Below, one piece after another: positions 54,301 to 64,000 of a DNA stretch of 64,000 nucleotides (position 1 is its first letter; each line of letters begins with the position of its first letter). The translations under genes were made by a program, and so were the position numbers. The stretch comes from Paramecium tetraurelia (lineage: Eukaryota), in NCBI GenBank assembly GCA_000165425.1, contig CT867991.1, forward strand, positions 1-64,000. The letters are read 5' to 3'. The notes below the pieces were generated by a model, which had not been told where the DNA came from, searched no databases, and worked only from the letters and a program-made list of their open reading frames with translations.

Positions 54301-57300
54301 TAAACATCTATGATCTGGGTAATTTAAAATCCATCTAGATTAAATAGTTACATTTTAAGATTTCTTAAATCACTCATCATTGCATGTCTATTTTCAAAGA
54401 TGATGGCAAATCCTTTGAGTGTAGCCAGAACATCAGGATTATTCAAGTTATGGTCTGGAATTATGATCTAATTACTAAATTCCCAGGTGTTCAAGTCGTT
54501 AGTGTATTTTCTATACATAATGCTTTGACTCATGAAATCATTGCTATTAATAAAGGTTTCTCTCCATGCAATAATGAATTTATTATCACTTAGAACACCT
54601 ATTGTAGGAGCTTGACCATTTTCTGATAGGATCTATTAACTAATATAAACATAATTAAGACTAAATTTGCTTGCTATGATTCCAAAATCTGATTGCCATA
54701 CAATTACAATTATTTGATCATTTGATGCAACAACAGGTTCAGAATTTATGATAGATTCTTATTTGTTCAAGACAAAGAAACCTTATTATTTATCTTGTAA
54801 ATCATAAAAGACTACATGAAGTTTCTCTACAATTCTATTTGATTCCACATAATTTTGGGTCCACACAATTACGTATCCATTCACTATAGATTATATCATA
54901 ATTGGTGTATCAAATCGTTATGCATGCTTTAATTAAACATTTTCCTTGACTATGATTTCATCGCCAACTCTAACAAAGTCTTTTGTAAATCTTTGAAGTT
55001 TGATCTTAGCTTACACTTATAAATCTCCTTCAATCCAAACTGCACAAAACTAGTCATTGTCTAAAGCCTAAACATCAGGATAGATTTGAATTCCCGCAAA
55101 TGATAAGCTAATTCTCTTCTCTTCCAATATTTTCTTACCATGTGCATTGAACATAGACATAAACACACCTGTTCCTTGATTTTCATAGTATTGTCTATAC
55201 CAAACAGTTACATAGTCACCATTCTTAAATGTGGTAATCCTTTATTTACTCTACAAGACATAAGCATTCATTTTCATTTCTTTGTATCTCTAATCGTCTA
55301 ATTAGCATACATGATCACTAGTCAATTTGTATCCTAAATCGCATACTTCACAGATTCCGTCGGTGCCATCAATACAATGCTAAGGCAAATCTAATTCACA
55401 TTCATTTTCAAACAAATAATATCCCTATCTACACAATACACATTCCTATTTAATATTCCTTTAGAAGCAATTACTTACAGGTGATGATGATTGTTAGGCT
55501 TCTAAATAGAATAATTACTATGATGAACCAACAAAACCTGAAAAGATTACAATTAATGAGTTTGGCTATTTATAAATCCTGTAGCCATAATCAAATGTAT
55601 ATTATGATAAAGCATTTCCAATCGCAAAATCCTCAAGTTGTAGATTTTAGTAAGAATAGTCAATGTTTAAGAATTTATATCTAATTCTATACTAACCACT
55701 AAATTCTTAATAGACAAACGATAAGAAATATCCATAGTAATTTTATGAATTAGAAGCAGCCAATTGAGTAATTTGCTAAACACTTTTTAACAGATTGGTA
55801 TAAGAACCTCTAGCGTTTAAATTTTGATCAAACCATTAATAATATAAGTAGTTATACGATATATAAAGACTGATTTCTTCCTGTTCAACCCAATTAATGA
55901 CACTACCATAATAATATGAATTTGCAACAGCCAACGATGTGATTGGTCTTTTAGATGTATAAAGTACTTTATAAGTGTTCGTAGAACCATCCACTGTCAG
56001 TGAATTTATTATCAAATTATTTTTAACGTATATTATCTAATAATAACCACTCTAAATTATTAAAGTAGCAAATGAGGAAGCATCATTTTCATTTTAGTTT
56101 ATGTTAGACTTAAGTGAAAAACCATTAGTCATACTGTATTCCCCTACCATTGTTTAGCTCATATCATTTAAATCTAATTCTGTCCATAATAATAGCATAT
56201 TGTTGTTATACTTTTGTATTTGCAAATTAAATTTACTAACTTTCACCTTCATTATTCTCAATTCATATGGGTTGGAAAGAACTTACAAATCTTTTTAGAA
56301 TAATTGTAACATGAGTCTGCATTAGATTTAACAATTTCCACTCAACCAAATTAAGGCAATTTGATTCTCTTCATATAAATACAAATAATGATAAGCAATT
56401 TCCTGATCTTGACTTAAGAGATTTTAATCTTATAATAAACTAGTCTGAGTTTGATACTTTATGTTGATATTTATCTTGTATTGTGAATTTTCATATTTTT
56501 GATATGAATAAATTGTGGTTTCGTCTGAAAAGGTTATTATTGATGGTAAACCATAACAGGAGTCCTTACATATTGGGGTTTCCAATTGAAGGTCTGAAAG
56601 ACTTCTGCATTTCTGATCAATGAATTTTGAGTTACCATTACAATAATCACAGGTATAGGGTTGTTTACAAGAAAAACAATTTTCAGCACATATTGGCTCA
56701 CATTTCTTAGTTTATTCATTCTATTGATAATCAGAAGCACACTGAGTACAAATTAAATTACTATCGCAAATCTCACAATTAGTATTGCATGTCTATTCAA
56801 CAAAAGGAATAGTGTTCAATTCGGAGTTAAGTCGAACTTTGAATATTCTATTATTAGTGAAGGATGACCAAGTTAAATAAAGCAAATCGTCATATGATGA
56901 AGTTGATAATCCTTAAATAATCAGTTCGTTGTGATATAATGATCTTGATGTTAATTGTTCTCCATTTAATGAGTATTTTATGACCTATATATTCATATTA
57001 CTAGTAGTTGTTGATTGCTCCGTGTAAATGAAATAAATGAACTTAGGCTATAATACTATTTAAAAGTTATTTAATTATTTTTAGGACTCAATTGTGTGTT
57101 CTTATTATAATTCTTGATTTTAATTGTAAAATTTCACTTTGACTAAATTTGAATTCACTTTCTCATAGGACACAATCCAAATAAAAAAGTCATTAAAGTA
57201 ATATTCAAATTTCTCTTATGTATCCAACCAAAAATAGTCCAACACCTCATTTACATACATTACCTTGAAAGTTTCTATGTTATCTTCGGTGTAAAGATAT

Positions 57301-60300
57301 GATGCAGTTAGTTTTTACAATTCTAAGTTTTTCATAATTTATATGTTTCTAACTTTTTATTATTTATCTATTCTAGTTAAATAACGGCCTTAGGTTTTGG
57401 AAAGTTGGGGATTTCCAGATTGACTCATAGAATATTAGTCATATTTTAAAACAATATATTCTCCTTCCCAATAACTATAATGATAATAACTGTACAAAAT
57501 ATGGATTTTGTTATCATCAGTTGAAATGAAATCTAAAATATCCTCATTACCATATAATTCCCCTTATGTTGAAAAGCTATTAATGGAAATATATTCGTTG
57601 TTTAAGATAACAAATTATCCAACATTTTGTTAATTTTGGTTTCTCATTATGTATTAGATTACAATCTAATCATTAACCTTAAGAACTTTAGGACGATTGA
57701 ATAAGACAATATCTTAATCACTTGAAATCCTAATTTCTCCAGATTTTGATTATCCTTATCTATTTTAAGCTTCAAAAACAATATCGTACCTTGAACTATT
57801 TTTCTTTAATGAAACCTATAGAATTTAATCATCATATGAAGCAATATAAGTTAGAATTAAATTATCCTAATAATAGATATCTTATTCCTATGTTTGATCG
57901 CATAGTAAGTTTTCATTCAAATAGAACCCATTAGAACATTACAAGCATTAGTTTTCAGTTTCGCATAGTTCACAGTTGTTTTCACAAGTCAAAACACATT
58001 TTCCATTTTACAATTGATATTTTGTATTTTTGCACTCTAAACATATTCCCTGATCTGTGCAAGAATTACAACTTTATGTACATACCAATTCCTTAAAATT
58101 AGTCAATTGTGCTGTCTATAAATTCACAATTTAAGTAAAAACTTGACTTACAGGATTTTGGAGTTCTACATTAGAAAAACCTATCCAAGCTAGAACAGCA
58201 TATGATTATCCAAATCTTGAGGATGAAACCTTTTTGATGTTTCTGCTGGATTAAGTGGCCTACAATACTTGAAGTGGATTAGTTGAAGTGAAATTTATGT
58301 AGATTTATTTATTGAGATATTCATCATAATCAAATTTGATGATTGCTGAATCATAGCTATTCAACAATTTATTATCAAATGTTAAACCTGTTGTAGTTAT
58401 AAAAGTTAATTAAACTTACTCTATTTTATATTAATAAAGATAATTTTGATTGGTAAAGTTGAAATATAGACTATTCTAGCTGACTTAAATATCGAAACTT
58501 CTGATGATATAGATATCTTAATAAACAGTCTAACTGCTATATACTCCTTAATCATCTATTTTTAGAAAAGAAAGTGAATAGTATTATTGATTATTGTCAT
58601 TTACTTTTTAAACCACATAAAAATAGTAGACATCTGAGTTTTTAAGTTGAGCAATCCTTATCGAAATCAATTTTTATTATTGGATATCAATAGTTTTTTA
58701 CTATAGAACCTACATTGTTTCAAAATCATATTGATAATCTATTATTTGAACGATGGAATCTACAGTAAGCCAGTTGATTATGACGCGGAATTATTACATG
58801 TCATCTACAGAGAAGATATCAAAATCAATTATTTCATTTGGTTGTTGTTCAATTTGAATTTATTTGATTAGGGCTCCTTAGCTATTAAGCCTTTTCAAAA
58901 CAAGTTTTGTTTGTTTGTTATTTTCAATTAAGCTATACAATATTAGAATTTCATTATCCTTTACTGAGACTTTAATTTGTCCTTTTTGCTGTTATTCATC
59001 GCTTATCCTTAATTCATTAATTATATTTTAAGGAGTGACGCAAAGGTTTTCAGGTGTGTATTAAAATCCAGTTTTACATTTTATGCAATAAGAAGGTTCG
59101 CTGCAGGTATCGCAATTGTCAGGACATTTTGGAACACACTCGTTTTTCACACTTACAAAGGTGTATCCATCTTAACAGGTTAAGCATTTAAATTGTGGAT
59201 CACATAATTTGCAATTTGGTTTACATTCATTTTGTTTAACATTCATGTCTATCTTTATAGTACTCAACTCATATATATAGTTATTATAACTCAACCATTT
59301 AATTGAGAATCTATTAAAACCTAGTTAATCTATTCTTTGATGGTATGTTTAGGTCCAAAAATATGGTTTTATTATTTTTCTATTCTATTTTATATTAAAG
59401 CTGTTGTTTGATAAATCATACTAAGTGTAACATAGAGAATCATATCCCTATGAAAATAAAAATAAATCATATTCTTATTGAAACAGTGATTTTCTTAATT
59501 AATAATTCTCGCAAGAATTAGGTCCTGAATTGGTTATTTTATTAAGTTTCCAATTAAAATCTCGGTCAAAAAGAGTAAATGCAAAGTCCATATCGTATTA
59601 GCAAATGATAAATTCACCATTAGGTAAAGCAACAATATTAATAGTTCCATAATCTTCATTAAAATAATAGTTTGTGGGGAGTGATATTACATTAGAAATC
59701 TAATCATCTTCAATTTTTGTTATACTAATAACTTATTTAAAGAGTTGTACTATTCCAATAGTTCCTAAGAGATTTTGGGCTATAGCTATATCATAACTAT
59801 CTGGAAAAGTCAGAGCTTGAGATGGTTTATCTGATTTAGCATCATATTTAATGTAGTTCCATTAATATTGATTCACTGTTTAACCAATAGATTTCCAAAT
59901 TATAGAGAAAGCAGTATTGTTTAATGGAGTAAGATCAATATATTTCTTTTTTGTATCAAATTTAGCAGCCTCTAAGGAATCTCCGAATGAGTACTCAACC
60001 TATTGTTCTACTAAGTTTAGGTCGTATTTCTTCAAGCCTAATTTAACAATACTTAAATTTTGACTGACATAGACAACATAAATGAAGTTATTAATAAGAA
60101 TTATTTAAGGTTGATAATTTTCCAAATTAGAGTTCCCAACTTGTACTTTTTTGATTAATTCATTTTTATAAATGTCTAAGAGGCCTAATTCAATTTAATA
60201 TTTAGATTCATAAGTTCTAAAATGTTTAGTAAATATAAGTGTTTGTTCGTCTAAAGAAATAGTCTTTGTGCTCCAGTCGAGTGAAACATCTTAAATTTTT

Positions 60301-60377
60301 ATTTAATATAGCTCCACTTCGTTTGTATCAGCACCTAGAGCGTAAAATAAAAGGGTAGTTAACAGAGTAAAAATCAT
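45348..60377 (-). CDS. Giant 5,009-aa type-I membrane protein: ~11 beta-propeller-like modules alternating with Cys-rich (furin/EGF-like) spacers
   Basis: Signal peptide MIFTLLTTLLFYALGA. The span is 15,030 nt = 5,010 codons. Five supplied minus-strand ORF fragments (starting at 46736, 46958, 47399, 48377, 53240) all share the frame of the ATG. C-terminal TM TIMTIVIIILAAAFISVSACSINLYC followed by a short tail. Confidence 0.9.
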
Positions 60378-61099
60378 GTCTAAAAAATCTTTTAAAAAAA
60401 ATAGTTAAAGAAATTAATAAATCCCCAGAAATTATTATCCCTTTTTAAATGTAGACTGAGAGTATCTACTAATTATAGAATAAATTTAATTCTAATATGT
60501 TGTGGCTTTTTTTAACACAAACACAAACGATGCAAAAGTATAAATTTATATTAACAATAATCATTCATAATCTCACATGAGGGACAAGAAGATGACATTA
60601 AAATAATATATAATATAAGTCTCTTATTGTAGTATTGTTGTGGCCAAAAGTTGGCACTGCTTTTTAATCAATAAATATTAATGTAGAATTGTTTTTTAAT
60701 ATCAAATTCAAATAAAATTATGTGAAAAATAAAGGCAAAGTATAAAAGTCACCACTACCTTGAAGTATTCTAACCATACGTAGCTGTGAAGAGATTTTCA
60801 GAAAGATTGAAAATTATTTAAAAAGGAATAAAATTATGTAACAGAAATAATTAAATCATTTTTGGGGAGGAGAGGAGTAGGTAATCTAATTAACGATTAC
60901 TCTATCTGTTTGAATAATTAGAAAAAAGTGTTCGGTTAGATTATTAATAGATCGTAGACATATTAATAATAATGACTTTTATTAATTCTTACAGTTGGTT
61001 TAATATAATTTAAATAATAAAACAAAAAGGATGAACATTTTTAATATTGAATGAAGCAGAGTTTGGGGAAGTGAATTTGAAAAATAATCAACGATAAAA

Positions 61100-61525
61100 A
61101 AGATTCACATAGGATTTTGAATGTTTTTTAGTTTTTCTTGCCTTTTCTTGCTTCTTTCTCCACCATCTTTGAATTCTAATAGCACATTATCTCTCCTGAA
61201 GGGTAAAAACGGAATTATCGATTTTTAATAAGAGATTTCGATTTTATAAATTATAAGTAAACATAGGCCTGTTGTTTCCACAAACTTGATATTATTATTT
61301 ATTAATCCAATAATTGGATGCACTATTCATCAATCCACCAAACTCTGAAATAGGCTTAAATAGATGTTAACAAATTGATACCATCATACAAGCTGTTCTT
61401 CGATAAGAACCTTGGCTTCTAGTTTCTTCTAGGTGTTGATAAAAGGCAAACTCTGCTAAATCTGCCTCACTTTTTGTAGTTTTGTCTCTCTCCCGAGAAC
61501 AAAGAGCCCCGCATGCAAGACCCAT
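61100..61525 (-). CDS. Small hypothetical protein with an N-terminal MGxxC acylation-like motif (3' end uncertain)
   Basis: MGLACGALCSRERDKTTKSEADLAEFAFYQHLEE..; a possible 27-nt intron; downstream sequence loses coding character. Confidence 0.4.
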
Positions 61526-61634
61526 TATTAAATTAAAATATATATATTTATTAAATATGCTTGGTTTGATTTATTCGGAGTGATAGTCATAATGTTATTT
61601 ACTCGAATTTTAAAACACAAAGAGTTAAATATAA

Positions 61635-61704
61635 TTGTATTTAAAATCTGTTTTATATATATTAGTCGATTAGAAAATTAACTAGTTTGCACTAGAACTA
61701 ATGA
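61635..61704 (+). pseudogene. Internally deleted remnant of the 6011-6500 gene
   Basis: tgtatttaaaatctgtt (17-nt match to the gene's 5' end, with ATG changed to TTG) is followed ~15 nt later by gattagaaaattaactagtttgcacta..tga, matching the gene's 3' end. Confidence 0.8.
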
Positions 61705-61754
61705 TTATTTATAATACAATTTAGAGTAATAATTAAATAAAGATATTTACACCA

Positions 61755-64000
61755 ATGTCAGAGAATGATTCAAATTCAGTTCATGAAGTATCTGCTCCAA
61801 TTAGAGGAAGACTATAGAGGGCCAAAAGTTCGGAGGAGGAAATAGAGGAATAATAAAAGGATGTGTTTTAGGCTGAATAACCCGATTCCATTGAAATTAG
61901 TGATCAAAGTGATATCTAGGAGGTGGCAAATAGAAAGAAATAGAAAAAATAAAATTAAAATTCATAGAAACCTCGCAAACCCAGATAAAAAAAATAGAAT
62001 GAAAATGCCGCCAATTAAAATGAGGAAAATTAAGAAAAATAAATTAAGGAAAAACCATAAAAATAAGTTAAGACTAAAAAGAAAGGAGTTGAAAACAATG
62101 AGAAGACTATTGAAAATTTGCTAAGCAAAAAGTTTATCTAAGCTGAGGAAGAAGATGAGCCACCAAGAAGAGAAATGGAAATAGAATATGAAAGTAATAG
62201 AAATGAAAGAGATACTTTTGGAGTTGATAATAAACAGAACAAACGAAAGGCTTAAAATGCCAAAAATATCAATTAACTAATTAAAAATAGACATAAATTC
62301 TTTACTGAATTTGAGGATGCTCCAATTGAATTTTAAAATGAAAACCCAAATTATTAAGAAATTGACACCGATTAATTTGAACTAAAATTTGAGAAACAAT
62401 AAGTCGAAGAAAGTGCAATTAAATAAAAAGCAAAACGAGACATGTTAAACAAAGTTTAATAATATAAATAAAATGTGCTTGTTTTTGGCGATCAACAGAA
62501 ATCACAAAAGTCATTAATCTCAAGTACCATCCTTCCTTCATAGGACTTAGAATCAAATGGAAATAATGGAACTACTTAAAATAATTTACCCAAATTTCCA
62601 TAAATAATTAAAGCAGCTTCGTTTATTTAGGAAGAGTAAAATTAGAAACTAGATGGAGAGTCCAGAAATTCTTTGTTAAGAAAAACCTATTCTATGGGCT
62701 TAAAAAAAGGATTATCCTAAGAAGATATTGAGGATCCAGAGTTGTAATTGTTCATTCCCAAAATTAATGGTGCAAAAGATAAGATCTTCGAAAATACACT
62801 ATTTCTGAATAAAATAAAGTAAAAGGGATTTGATAGGGTTGTTCAAACATCTTCAAGTTTAAATAATAGCAATAAAGCTTATTCAAGAAGTGAGTTTTAA
62901 TAATTATTGCAATAAAAACAAGTAGAACACAAAGCAAACAAAATAAATTTATCATTGAATGAATTAATGAATAGATTTTAAAGTACCACTTTCGAATAAA
63001 TAGAACAGAAGAGGCAACAAAATTAAAAGGCAAATAATGGTTAAGATGATGATGATTCATCACCTGATGAAGATTTTGTGCCTTAATAAAATGAACTTAA
63101 TTAAGAAAGTGAGGATATTGATGATGGAAGTAGTTAAAGTTGTGATGACAATAATAAATTGATAGATGATAAAGTTAAGGAATGTAAGTTAACTGAAAAA
63201 GAAATTGAAAAATAAGAAAAGAATGAAGCTGAGAAGGAGAAAAATTATGGTACCATAATAGAAGAGAAATCTGATGCAATGAGTTAAATTGATGATGAAG
63301 AAAGGTAATAACTTCAATAAATTAAATCTGGAAAGTTTAATTAAGAAAAAGATTACAATCTCTCAGATGCTGATGAAGAAGATGAGGATTAGAATGAAGA
63401 TGATTAAGAGGAATAGGAATAGGAAGAAAATAAGCAAGATGATGATTTAAAGAAAGAAGATCATAAAGTCTAAGAAAACAACAAAACCAATAAACTTGCT
63501 CTAATTGATTCTAGCGATGATGATTAATAAGCAGAAGATATAAATGAGGAAGATTTGAATATGTTTAGACGATTGAAGAAGGTTTCGACAATGTTTAAGG
63601 ATAGAAAGAGAAAGGAAAAGGAATTAGAGGAGAAGAAGAAATTAAGATTAGAGAGATAAAAAGAAAGAGAGAAAATGAAGAAATTTATAGAATCAAATTT
63701 AGTGGAGGATTAAGCAGAACAAGGATCTGATAATGAATCTCATGATGATGTTGTTAAAGAGATCAAGGATGATGATGAAGAGGAAGATAATGAAGTCATA
63801 GAAAAAGAGTTATTGGAAATGATTGATGATAAGATAGAAGACTTAGATGAAGAAAATGAAATAAGAGCATTTCAAATATTTATGGATAGAATACACAAAT
63901 AAGAAAAAGATGATATTAAGAAGATCCTAAAAGGAGAATTCAAAAGAAGAGATGGAAAAGTATCAAATATTGATTTACTCAATATGGAATAGACTGAGGA
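61755..64000 (+). CDS. Mrc1/Claspin-like acidic protein (3'-truncated by the window)
   Basis: Same frame from MSENDSNSVHEVSAPIRGRL to the window end. KFIESNLVEDQAEQGSDNE..DDDEEED..LLEMIDD..F..MDR..EKDDIKKILKGEFKRR (~63680-63950) resembles the MRC1 domain pattern. Confidence 0.7.

Noticed and set aside
1..64000. Transposons or retained IESs
   Set aside because: No DDE transposase or reverse-transcriptase motifs or terminal inverted repeats seen. Long genes are uninterrupted, consistent with an IES-free macronuclear sequence; TA-bounded IESs cannot be called without a germline comparison.

Overview
This is AT-rich eukaryotic DNA from a ciliate macronuclear chromosome end, very probably Paramecium. 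Genes read only with the ciliate nuclear code (TAA/TAG = Gln, TGA = stop) and carry tiny 20-32 nt GT..AG introns. The window opens with degenerate CCCCAA/CCCAAA telomere repeats. The supplied ORF track assumes the standard code, so it shows only fragments or antisense shadows; all gene models here were translated by hand. In order: telomere; a 5'-truncated 126-bp WD40 repeat gene; about 4 kb of decayed subtelomeric DNA; then about 24 densely packed genes. These include a ~3,000-aa Cys-rich/beta-helix/multi-TM surface protein, LITAF, MORN3-like, CCT-domain, SHAQKY-class MYB, a divergent beta-like tubulin, a divergent kinesin, an STPG/ODF3-repeat protein, a secreted beta/gamma-crystallin-tailed protein, a dual-specificity phosphatase, a SANT protein, an apparently intronless 5,009-aa modular type-I membrane protein and an Mrc1/Claspin-like gene running off the end. 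The most notable observations are five: the 15-kb giant protein built from bacterial-style repeats, HET-E-like hypervariable WD40 repeats, an inverted paralogous block with reciprocal gene loss 55 kb apart, a 5-nt gap with a possible in-frame splice fusion between the STPG and kinesin genes, and two long stop-free 3n introns. No tRNA, rRNA, CRISPR or recognisable transposase was seen. No database searches were run.
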